A stretch of DNA of 64,000 nucleotides from Dehalococcoidia bacterium (GTDB lineage: Bacteria > Chloroflexota > Dehalococcoidia > Dehalococcoidales > RBG-16-60-22). Where the stretch lies: assembly GCA_011192005.1 (NCBI GenBank), contig DUFB01000066.1, positions 583 through 64,582 of the forward strand, in the 5' to 3' direction. Under the pieces are notes generated by a model that was given only the letters and a program-made list of their open reading frames with translations, was not told where the DNA came from and did not search any database. The position numbers and the translations under genes are program-made. Shown piece by piece: positions 46,962 through 55,637 of this stretch; positions within the stretch are counted from its first letter, which is position 1, and every line of letters starts with the position of its first letter.

Positions 46962-47618
46962 ATGATGACACTAGAAGAAATGGAAGAGAGAATTAAGACC
47001 CTGGAAAATCAAATCAGGACTTTGCAGGATATTGAGGATATAAAAAAGTTACAGAGGGCATTTGGCTTTTATCTCGAGCACTGGATGGCCGAAGATATAA
47101 TAGACCTGTTTGCCGATGGTCCCGATACCACCTTGTCAATAGCGGCTGGGGAGTTCCGTGGAAAGGAAAAAATTATACTATTCTGCAACCGCGGAAAGCA
47201 AAGTGATGAAATGATGAAGCATGAAAAACCGGAATTTCTGCATCAGGTTATGCAGCTATCCGGTATTGTCAATGTAGATCCGGGTAATAAAACAGCAAAG
47301 GGCAGGTGGTATGGTTTCGGGGCAAATGCTTTGCCTGCGGATGGAGGCATTGTCCCGGGATGGATGAACGGGGTATATGAAAATGAATATATAAAAGAAA
47401 ATGGTATATGGAAATTCAAGAAAGTCCGATGGTGTATGACTTTCAATGTTCCGTATCATGAGGGCTGGGTTGAGCCATCAAGACGAGTCGATAAAAGACC
47501 GGAACCTCCGTATCGGTCTTCAACTGGCTTTTCACCTGATGCGCCTCCTGAGGAAACGTTATACCCGTCAGGATTCATCTGTCCCTTCCACTATAAAAAT
47601 CCCGTTTCAGGGAAGTGA
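46962..47618 (+). CDS. SnoaL-like / NTF2-fold protein
   Basis: 218 aa. N-terminal helix, then DIEDIKKLQRAFGFYLEHWMAEDIIDLFADG, typical of SnoaL_4/NTF2-like domains. Confidence 0.65.
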   Translation: MMTLEEMEERIKTLENQIRTLQDIEDIKKLQRAFGFYLEHWMAEDIIDLFADGPDTTLSIAAGEFRGKEKIILFCNRGKQSDEMMKHEKPEFLHQVMQLSGIVNVDPGNKTAKGRWYGFGANALPADGGIVPGWMNGVYENEYIKENGIWKFKKVRWCMTFNVPYHEGWVEPSRRVDKRPEPPYRSSTGFSPDAPPEETLYPSGFICPFHYKNPVSGK

Positions 47619-47754
47619 ATTTACCTGATGAGGTGCAATATCGATTTATTTTTTTGGTAAGTTCGATTCTATATCTTTTTTATTTTGTAGGAATTTCGTT
47701 AAAAATATTTTGGTTAAAAGCTATGTTATCGGATTAACATTATTACTAAAGCTG

Positions 47755-49341
47755 ATGGCATATGCTCGCCTTTGTCCCAACAGGTTTGAAATTAGTGGGT
47801 TTGATGTAGATAAAGCCTACTCAGTCTCCCCGTCTGCACATTTCGTCATAAAGTGACTCGGGATACGCCTGGAGCAAGGAACAAATGACCTCGACTATAA
47901 ACTCGGTTGTTTTAAGCGTCTTGGTCAGATGGTGAGCACGCACCGGAGTTTTGTGGAATGGAGCAAATCACAGTGACGGGATAAGGTTCGTCGTGTCGAT
48001 TCCGTTACCTACAAGACACTTCTGAAAAACAAAGGAATTAGAGTCATTTCGATAAATGAGCACCTGGATGAAAGTCCATCGGGCCAGCTTCTCGAAGGAA
48101 TCATCGAGTCAGTCGATGAGTTCTATAGCGCTAATCTCGGACAGGATATAAAGCGGGGTCTTAGAGAAAACGCCGCGAGGGGATTCTACAGCATCGGTAG
48201 AGCGCCCTATGGCTTCCGTAAAATACCGGTCAAGGACGGGGCTAAGACACGTTATAAGCTTGAGCCGGATCCGGAAGATTCAATATCCGTAAAAGTTATT
48301 CGCCGGATATTCGAGATGGCGCTGAAGCGGATAGGCTGTAAGGAGATCGCGAAGACGCTTAATAGGGAAGAGGTTTTCACCAGTACCGGCCAACGCTGGG
48401 GAAAGACTACCGTGCACAAGATTCTCAATAACGAGGTATACTGCGGTACACTGGTATTCGGCGGCAGGCCTGGTCACCCGGCTATCCATAGCAGCGAACC
48501 CCCGGTACGTGTCGAGGATGCCTGGCAACCTATTATTGATAAATATACCTTCAATCAGGTGCAGAAAGTAATGTCCAAGAATGCCCCGAAAACGGTTCAT
48601 CCCCGGATTGTCCCTAGCTTCTATCTTCTCAGCGGCATACTTTTTTGCACCTGCGGCAGTGCCATGGTGGGTCGGAGCGCTAAGTCTCATCGGTATTATT
48701 ATTACGCGTGTAATCGTGGCTGCAAACAGGGTAGAGAAGCCTGTGATAGCAGGATATTACCGAAGAAGAAGATTGAGCACCTTGTGATTGAACAAATTAA
48801 GAGTAAAATCCTGGACGGGAAATACCTTGAGGAATTAGTGAGAATCGTGAACGAAGAGCTCGGTGCCGGGTATGCCGTAGTCAAAGAAAAGATTGCTAAT
48901 ATCGACTTCGAGATTCAGGAGGTGGTTAATAGGCTGACTCGGCTGTATGATGCCCTTGAGACCGGAAGGCTCGACCTTAATGACCTTGCTCCCAGAATTA
49001 AGGAGTTGAGGGTGAAGCAGGATGAACTCAGCAAGGCCAGAGTCGTCGCCGAGGCAGAGATGACACTCCAAGGTTATCAGCAACTTGACATTGAGGCTGT
49101 TCGCTCTTATGTTGCGGATCTTTGGAATATCCTTGATGAAAGCGAGGTTGCTCAAAGAAAGGCCTTCCTGAGATCGTTCGTGAAGAAGATAGTGGTTGAA
49201 AAGGAAAGGGTGAAGCTGTACTATAATCTACCGGTTCCCCCACATGGAAAGAGGACCGAAATATTGGGAGTTCTGCCTATTGACACCCCAAGTGGGGAAG
49301 GGGGGACTCGAACCCCCACGCATCGCTGCACCAGATCCTAA
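47755..49341 (+). pseudogene. Large serine recombinase gene inactivated by two in-frame TGA stops (47854, 47974); the 3' part is intact as ORF 48316..49341
   Basis: A single frame runs from the ATG at 47755 to the stop at 49339..49341, 529 codons, which is a normal size for this family. After the second stop the sequence is clearly resolvase/recombinase: KTLLKNKGIRVISINEHLDESPSGQLLEGIIESVDEFYSANLGQDIKRGLRENAARG, PYGFRK, zinc ribbon CTCGSAMVG...YYYYACN...C, and a coiled coil. The N-terminus reads MAYARLC where the catalytic YxRVS is expected. Confidence 0.7.
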
Positions 49342-49374
49342 GTCTGGCCCGTCTGCCAGTTCCGGCACTCCCCC
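49293..49374 (-). tRNA. tRNA-Leu (anticodon UAG), class II with long variable arm; CCA not encoded
   Basis: Reverse complement GGGGGAG-UG-CCG-GAACUGGCAGA-CGG-G-CCAGA-CUUAGGA-UCUGG-UGCAGCGAUGCGU-GGGGG-UUCGAGU-CCCCC-CUUCCCC-A. All stems pair (one G-U), and U8, G18G19 and the T-loop are present. Confidence 0.92.
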
Positions 49375-49503
49375 GTAAGAGATATTATTTCTAATACTAT
49401 TATGTTAAGCGCCCCGGCCACCGCCACTCCCCTGCTGTTACTCCGTAATATAACACTTTACCAGCCTCGCCTCAAGTTGGTATTTTTTTATAACCATGGT
49501 AAT

Positions 49504-49526
49504 ATTTGCGGAAATTTCTTGCAAAT
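49504..49526. promoter_or_regulatory. Inverted repeat ATTTGC-N11-GCAAAT (spacer contains palindrome GAAATTTC); candidate PadR operator
   Basis: Perfect 6-bp arms at 49504..49509 and 49521..49526, about 70 nt upstream of the PadR start. Confidence 0.35.
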
Positions 49527-49596
49527 GCTAATAAACAGTGATAGTATTTACCTACATAGAACATCTAAGTAAACACCGGAATGCGAGGTGATTAGT

Positions 49597-49938
49597 ATGG
49601 CAAAAAGAGGTGACTTGCTAAAAAGCAGCTCGCACTCGTTACTTCTATGCCTGCTGGAGCAGCAACCGATGTACGGCTATCAGGTTATTAAAGAGCTGGA
49701 AGCGAGGAGCGAGGGTTATTTTAAATTTAAGGAGGGCACTCTCTATCCGGCCCTGCACCGACTGGAAAAGTCGGGGCTGATTACGGGGTCGTGGCAAACG
49801 CTGCCTAACGGACGTCAGAGGCGTTATTATCATATCACGGCAAAGGGGCTTGCCAAGCTGGCCCAGGAAAAAACGCAGTGGCATGACTTCCTCAATGCGG
49901 TCAGTCTGATACTGCAACCCGGTCACTCGGTAAGCTAA
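49597..49938 (+). CDS. PadR-family transcriptional regulator
   Basis: ORF 49588..49938. The ATG at 49597 lies 6 nt after a GAGGTG SD. LLLCLLEQQPMYGYQVIKELEARSEGYFKFKEGTLYPALHRLEKSGLI is the PadR wHTH signature. Confidence 0.9.
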   Translation: MAKRGDLLKSSSHSLLLCLLEQQPMYGYQVIKELEARSEGYFKFKEGTLYPALHRLEKSGLITGSWQTLPNGRQRRYYHITAKGLAKLAQEKTQWHDFLNAVSLILQPGHSVS

Positions 49939-49948
49939 GAGGTATATA

Positions 49949-50893
49949 GTGACATCGGAACTGGCTGAATATATAGAGAGTATCAGGTATACATCAAAGC
50001 TTCAACCATCCAATGAAGCCGAGGTTCTCGGTGAGCTCGAGACCCACATCGAAGATAAATTGCAGGAACTGACGGATTCGGGACTCTCGGAAGAAGAAGC
50101 GGTTAAAACCTGCCTGCGCCAACTGGGGTCGCCGTCGCTGGTAGCCCGGCAAATCTACGAAGCCTACAGTCAGGGCAGCTGGAAGCAAGTGTTTATGGCC
50201 TCGCTGCCACATATCCTTTTCGGTGGCCTCTTCACCCTTAACTGGTGGCAACATGCCGGCTGGTTGGTGGTGGTTTTGAGCCTGATAGCGGGTATCGCCG
50301 TCTACGGCTGGCGTCACGGCAAACCTACCTGGATTTTTTCCTGGCTCAGCTATTCGTTGCTGCCGGTACTGGCCGTTGGCATCCTCCTCGTCTATCTGCC
50401 CAAAGGACTATCGCTTCTGGCGATACCGGTGTACATAGCCTTGGCCGCGTGGTGGTTAATACATATTGTTACTCAAACGTTGAAGAAAGACTGGCTGTTC
50501 AGCTCGGTAATGCTGCTGCCGATGCCGATAATAATCGGCTGGTTTCTGGCAGTATCGCCGGACTGGAAAATTACCACCACCAGCCTGGAGCGTGCCAACA
50601 TCATGGCTCCCTGGATAGGACTGAGTTTCCTGGCGCTGGGACTGACCATAGCTGCTTTCATTCGCATCAGACAACGCTGGTTGAGAATCGGTTTACTGGT
50701 CCTTTCCGGGATAATAACCCTGTCACTGGTGGTCCATTATGCTTACGGACAGATAAACACGCCCATGTTCGTAGGACTGATGCTGGTGATGTCGGGGGTT
50801 TTCCTGGTGCCGCTCGTTCTGGAACGATACTTTAGAAACAGAAGCAAATCGCTCGCGAAAAATACCAGGATAGATAACGCTAAAACCGCATAA
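49949..50893 (+). CDS. Integral membrane protein with an N-terminal soluble helical domain typical of PadR-associated partners (DUF1700-like)
   Basis: N-terminal LAEYIESIRY...EVLGELETHIEDKLQELTDSGLSEEEAVKTCLRQLGSP, followed by about 6 TM helices. Starts 10 nt after padR. Confidence 0.7.
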   Translation: MTSELAEYIESIRYTSKLQPSNEAEVLGELETHIEDKLQELTDSGLSEEEAVKTCLRQLGSPSLVARQIYEAYSQGSWKQVFMASLPHILFGGLFTLNWWQHAGWLVVVLSLIAGIAVYGWRHGKPTWIFSWLSYSLLPVLAVGILLVYLPKGLSLLAIPVYIALAAWWLIHIVTQTLKKDWLFSSVMLLPMPIIIGWFLAVSPDWKITTTSLERANIMAPWIGLSFLALGLTIAAFIRIRQRWLRIGLLVLSGIITLSLVVHYAYGQINTPMFVGLMLVMSGVFLVPLVLERYFRNRSKSLAKNTRIDNAKTA

Positions 50894-50926
50894 GACACAC
50901 ATGCGGAATAATCACGGAGGTATTTA

Positions 50927-51781
50927 ATGCCGAAAGTCGCGGTCGTTACCGATAGTATTGCCTGTCTCACCAGAGAATTTACGGAACAATACGATATCGA
51001 GATAATCCCCATTAATTTCTACGTCAACGGCAGGAGTTACCGTGATTGGGTGGATATCACTCCTACGGAAACCTACGAGCTGTTTCTAAGAGACCCCGAT
51101 TCTTTCAAGACCTCGGCACCTGCCCCCGAAGAATGCCTCCAAGTCTTTCGCAGGGTAAGCCAGAAGGCGGATAATATTCTATGTATTACCGTTTCACTCG
51201 GGCTCAGCGCCGTGTATAACGCCGCTCTGGACGCAAAAAGGCTGGTGGAATCCGAGCAACCCAATCTGAACATCGAGATAATGGACTCTAAGTCAGCCAC
51301 TCCTTCGGAAGGCATGATAGCCCTGGCCGCTGCCCGGGCGGCAGCTGAAAACAAAGAGCTCGCAGAGGTCATCAGCGCTACCGAGGAAGTAAGGGGTAAA
51401 GTGAACGCCTATGTACTCCTGGATACGATGCGTCACGTGTACCGCTCCGGTCGCATTCCCAAGATAGCCTCGCAGATAGGTTCGGCACTAAACATCAGAC
51501 CGATTCTTTCGTTATCCGAAGTGGTCCATTTTAATTCAATAGTCAGGAACAGGAAGCAGGGTATAGACCGTATTCTCAAGATGATGAAAGAGAAAACGGA
51601 TAACAAACCGGTACATGCCGCCGTGATGCATGCCTATGCCCTGGATGAAGCCGAGAAATTGAAAGAGAGGGTCGCTGCCGAATTTAACTGCGTGGAGTTA
51701 TGGCTCGGCGAGTTCAGCCCGGTGATGGGATACGCCTGCGGCACGGGTACGGTGGGCGTAGCTTTTTATATCGATGACTAG
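50927..51781 (+). CDS. DegV-family fatty-acid-binding protein (FakB-like), copy 1
   Basis: VAVVTDSIACLT..., the LDTMRHVYRSGRI motif, and a length of 284 aa. Confidence 0.88.
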   Translation: MPKVAVVTDSIACLTREFTEQYDIEIIPINFYVNGRSYRDWVDITPTETYELFLRDPDSFKTSAPAPEECLQVFRRVSQKADNILCITVSLGLSAVYNAALDAKRLVESEQPNLNIEIMDSKSATPSEGMIALAAARAAAENKELAEVISATEEVRGKVNAYVLLDTMRHVYRSGRIPKIASQIGSALNIRPILSLSEVVHFNSIVRNRKQGIDRILKMMKEKTDNKPVHAAVMHAYALDEAEKLKERVAAEFNCVELWLGEFSPVMGYACGTGTVGVAFYIDD

Positions 51782-51793
51782 AAGGAGAAACAG

Positions 51794-52435
51794 TTGGAAG
51801 AATTTAGAATAGTCGCGGCAATAATCATCGGCTATATTCTGGGTTCCATCCCCTTTGCCTATATCGTCGGCCATTTGATAAAGGGCGTGGATATCCGGGA
51901 AACGGGCGGCGGTAATATCGGCGCCCTGAACGTCTACCGTAATGTCGGCCCGGTATACGGGCTGGCGGTTCTGGCGGCCGATATCGGTAAGGGAGCCATG
52001 GCTGTTGTGATTGCCAGCTGGCTGGGCCTGACTCTTCCCTGGATTTGCGTGGCCGGCTTCGCCGCTATCCTTGGCCACAACTGGCCCGTCTTTCTGAAAT
52101 TCAAGGGAGGTAAAGGAGCAGCGACGGTCCTGGGAGTGCTGCTGGCTTTCATGCCCATTCCTCTACTTATCGCCGGTGCTCTGGTAATCATCTTTATCGC
52201 CATTACCAGCAATGTCAGGCTGGCTCTCTGCGCGATGGTCTTTACGCCGCTCTTCGCCTGGCTGCTTGAAAGAGACCTCGATATGATATATATTTATTAC
52301 CCTCTGGCGCTACTCCTATTCATCGGTCTTTACACGTTAATCGGCCTCAAGCGCGAACTGGCTAACGCCGATACCAGGAGGAACCTGTTTATCGATAGGG
52401 ATTATAATCCCTGGCAGACAAAAAAGAACGGATAA
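51794..52435 (+). CDS. plsY: Acyl-phosphate:glycerol-3-phosphate acyltransferase PlsY
   Basis: TTG start after an AAGGAG SD. GSIPFAYIVG..., GGGNIGALNVYR, DIGKGAMAV, GHNWPVFLKFKGGKG. Confidence 0.9.
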   Translation: MEEFRIVAAIIIGYILGSIPFAYIVGHLIKGVDIRETGGGNIGALNVYRNVGPVYGLAVLAADIGKGAMAVVIASWLGLTLPWICVAGFAAILGHNWPVFLKFKGGKGAATVLGVLLAFMPIPLLIAGALVIIFIAITSNVRLALCAMVFTPLFAWLLERDLDMIYIYYPLALLLFIGLYTLIGLKRELANADTRRNLFIDRDYNPWQTKKNG

Positions 52436-52445
52436 ATACCGGCTA

Positions 52446-53312
52446 ATGAAAAAAGTTGCTATCGTTACGGACACCACCGCCTGCATCCCCCCGGAGCAGG
52501 TAAGCAGGTACAATATCGAAATAATACCGGTGCAGCTAAATTTCGAGGACAGGTCATACCGTGACGGGATAGATATCACGCCCAACGAATTCTACGCCAT
52601 GTTACGGGAAGCTAAAAACATGCCCACCACTTCCAGCTCATCTCCGGCTCCCTACCTCGAAGCCTACCGCAATGCCAGTCAGAAAGCCAAGAGTATCCTC
52701 TGCTTTACCGAACCGGCTAAGTTCACCGCCATGTTCAACGCCGCCAATGTTGCCCGCGAGATAGCCAGAAACGTTCTCCCCGGTATACCTATCGAGGTGA
52801 TGGAGTGTACCACCGCCGCTGCCGGGCAGGGCCTGGTGGCCTTATCCGCCGCCAAAGCTGCCGACCAGAATAAAACGATGGAGGAAGTAATCACCATCGT
52901 TCAAGATATCATGCCGCGGATAAGCCTGTACGCTACTCTGGATACGCTCCGGTATCTGGCGAGAAGCGGACGTGTTCCACAGGCTGCTGCCATGCTCAAT
53001 TCCTTCCTTAATATCAAGCCGGTCTTCACCTTAAATCATGCCGAACCTCGCACTGTCGCCCTTCCCAGGTCGACTAAAAACGCGATAAACCGCATCATAA
53101 AGATAATGGAAAGGGAAGTCGGAGAGAAATCGATCCATGCCGCTGTTATGCATGCCGACGCCCTCGAAAACGCCAAGGAACTGCAGGACCGCATTAAAGA
53201 AAAGTTCAGTTGTGAAGAGCTTTACATCACCGAGTTCACGCCGGTAATGGGAGTTCATACCGGACCGGGACTCCTCGGGGTGGCTTTCTACAGCCAGGAG
53301 ACGACCGACTGA
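52446..53312 (+). CDS. DegV-family fatty-acid-binding protein (FakB-like), copy 2
   Basis: VAIVTDTTACIP..., LDTLRYLARSGRV. Paralog of 50927..51781. Confidence 0.88.
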   Translation: MKKVAIVTDTTACIPPEQVSRYNIEIIPVQLNFEDRSYRDGIDITPNEFYAMLREAKNMPTTSSSSPAPYLEAYRNASQKAKSILCFTEPAKFTAMFNAANVAREIARNVLPGIPIEVMECTTAAAGQGLVALSAAKAADQNKTMEEVITIVQDIMPRISLYATLDTLRYLARSGRVPQAAAMLNSFLNIKPVFTLNHAEPRTVALPRSTKNAINRIIKIMEREVGEKSIHAAVMHADALENAKELQDRIKEKFSCEELYITEFTPVMGVHTGPGLLGVAFYSQETTD

Positions 53313-53456
53313 AACCGATGGCAGTGACTAGCCAAATCAGTAAAAACTCCCTATAATGTAGGATATGCAGGTCATCTTCGTTTCCTCTCACCGGGACACC
53401 GACAGATGATACCCATATATTACTTCAAACATTTCGTAATCAGAGGGAGATTTTAA

Positions 53457-54956
53457 ATGGAGATAAAGGTCGTTACCGGAGATATTACCGCCATCAAGAC
53501 TGACGCCTTAATATTGAATTCCTTTAAGGGCACTAAAACCCTCAGCGGCGATATCGCTGCCGTGGATAAAGCTCTGGATGGAGCCATTTCTCAGTTGATA
53601 AAACAGGGAGTTATTAAAGGTAATCTCAACGAGATTAACCTCCTGCACAGCCTGGGTAAACTCCCGGCTGGTCGCGTGGTAATTGTGGGACTGGGTAAAA
53701 AACAGGAACTAACGGCGGAAAAGGTACGCGGTGCCGTCGCCGAGGCCTGCCGCTACCTGAGGAAAAACGGCGTGGCCAGCATTGCCACTATCCTACAGGG
53801 TGCCGGAGTTAACAAGATATCCCGAGAAATCGCTGCTCAGTCAATAGCCGAAGGAGCCCCGCTGGGGCTCTATAACTTCCGCCGCTATATCACCAAGAAA
53901 GAAGATGATACCGGGGAGATAAAAAGCCTGCTGATAGTCGGCAGCGAGAAGGACAAGCCGGTCCTGGAGAAAGCCGTAAATAAAGGAACGGTTATCGCCG
54001 AAGCGGTTAACTGGGCGCGTGATATCGTCAATGAACCCGCCAATAATATGACGCCGACACATATGGCTAACGCCGCCAGGAAACTGTCCGAGACATACGG
54101 ATTAAGTATAGAAGTTCTGGATAAAGGAAGAATGACCAAGCTGGGTATGGGCGGACTACTGGGCGTCGCCCAGGGCAGCCAACAACCACCGAAATTCATC
54201 ATCCTCGGGTACAAGGGCAAACCCACGACAAGTATCGACCTTGTCCTGGCGGGAAAGGGGATAACGTTCGATTCCGGGGGCATTTCCATCAAGCCCTCCG
54301 AAGGCATGGCCGATATGAAGGATGACATGGCCGGGGGCGCCGCGGTAATGGCGACTCTGATGGCGATTGCTCGTTTGAAACCCAAGATTAACGTTACCGC
54401 CCTGGTCCCCGCTACGGAAAACCTCCCCAGCGGTACCGCTCTCAAACCGGGCGACATCATCAAAGCAATGAACGGCAAGACAATTGAAGTCCTCAACACG
54501 GACGCCGAGGGTCGGCTCATTCTGGCCGACGCTCTCTGCTACGCCGTAAGGTTAAAAGCCAAGGCCATTGTTGATGCGGCCACACTAACCGGGGCCTGCA
54601 TTGTGGCCCTAGGAAAGATATGCACCGGCGTTTTCAGCAACAACCAGGAGCTTGCCGATAAGGTATTGGCCGCGGGAAAGGAGTCCGGAGAACTGTCCTG
54701 GCAATTACCGATGTTCGATGAGTACCGGGAGCAACTGAAAAGCGATATCGCCGACATCAAGAATGTCGGTAATCGATATGGGGGAGCCATCACCGCCGCC
54801 AAGTTTCTGGCTGATTTCATCAAGGATACACCCTGGGTACACCTGGATATCGCCGGTACCGCTGACAACGACAAGGAAAAAGGCTACCTGGTAAAAGGAG
54901 CCACCGGCATACCGGTCAGGACTTTTGTTAACCTCATTTTAAATATGGCTAAATAG
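53457..54956 (+). CDS. pepA: Leucyl aminopeptidase (M17 family)
   Basis: 499 aa. VLAGKGITFDSGGISIKP, NTDAEGRLILADAL. Confidence 0.93.
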   Translation: MEIKVVTGDITAIKTDALILNSFKGTKTLSGDIAAVDKALDGAISQLIKQGVIKGNLNEINLLHSLGKLPAGRVVIVGLGKKQELTAEKVRGAVAEACRYLRKNGVASIATILQGAGVNKISREIAAQSIAEGAPLGLYNFRRYITKKEDDTGEIKSLLIVGSEKDKPVLEKAVNKGTVIAEAVNWARDIVNEPANNMTPTHMANAARKLSETYGLSIEVLDKGRMTKLGMGGLLGVAQGSQQPPKFIILGYKGKPTTSIDLVLAGKGITFDSGGISIKPSEGMADMKDDMAGGAAVMATLMAIARLKPKINVTALVPATENLPSGTALKPGDIIKAMNGKTIEVLNTDAEGRLILADALCYAVRLKAKAIVDAATLTGACIVALGKICTGVFSNNQELADKVLAAGKESGELSWQLPMFDEYREQLKSDIADIKNVGNRYGGAITAAKFLADFIKDTPWVHLDIAGTADNDKEKGYLVKGATGIPVRTFVNLILNMAK

Positions 54957-54981
54957 AGAATATCTACAGGGAGGTCAAATA

Positions 54982-55623
54982 ATGAAGCTGAAATGGCTGG
55001 CACACGCTTCTTTTCTCATTACCGCCGATAACGGTACCCGTATTATCACCGACCCCTATACGACCGGCGAAGGTTTCCAGCACGGCGAGATTAATGAATC
55101 GGCTGATATTGTCACGGTCAGCCACGAGCACGGCGACCATAACAACGCGGCCGCCGTCGGGGGTAATCCCGAGGTCGTTAAGGGCACAACCGATGTGAAA
55201 GGCATTAGTATCAAAGCCATCAACACCGCCCACGACGAAAAGGGCGGCAGCGAAAGAGGCAAGAACAACATCTACTGCTTCGAGGTCGATGGCATCAGGG
55301 TCTGTCATATGGGCGACCTCGGGCACGTCCTTACCGATAATCAGGTCGTGGAGTTGGGGAAAGTACACGTGCTTCTCATACCAGTGGGGGGATTCTTTAC
55401 CATCGACGCGAAAACCGCGGGCATGGTGGCGGAACAGGTAAGAGCCCGGGTGATTATCCCGATGCACTACAAGACGGGCAAAATGAAGCTACCCATTGCC
55501 GGCGTCGAAGAATTTCTTAAAGACAAGGAAAACGTAACGCGAATGGATACCAGCGAGGTAGCTTTCACTCGCGCCGAACTTCCGTCGAGTCCTCGGATTA
55601 TCGTCCTCCAGCCGTCACTGTAG
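54982..55623 (+). CDS. Metallo-beta-lactamase-fold hydrolase (UPF0173-like)
   Basis: MKLKWLAHASFLI..., SHEHGDHNN (HxHxDH), 213 aa. Confidence 0.8.
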   Translation: MKLKWLAHASFLITADNGTRIITDPYTTGEGFQHGEINESADIVTVSHEHGDHNNAAAVGGNPEVVKGTTDVKGISIKAINTAHDEKGGSERGKNNIYCFEVDGIRVCHMGDLGHVLTDNQVVELGKVHVLLIPVGGFFTIDAKTAGMVAEQVRARVIIPMHYKTGKMKLPIAGVEEFLKDKENVTRMDTSEVAFTRAELPSSPRIIVLQPSL

Positions 55624-55637
55624 GCTATTAGGGTTTA

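Noticed and set aside
47854-47976. The two in-frame TGA codons in the recombinase frame might be selenocysteine or a reassigned codon.
   Set aside because: TGA is used as an ordinary stop elsewhere in the window, for example at 3370..3372 and the fdnH stop at 19910..19912. The flanking residues are not a conserved redox motif, and the catalytic serine motif is also degenerate (YARLC). Pseudogenisation is the simpler reading.
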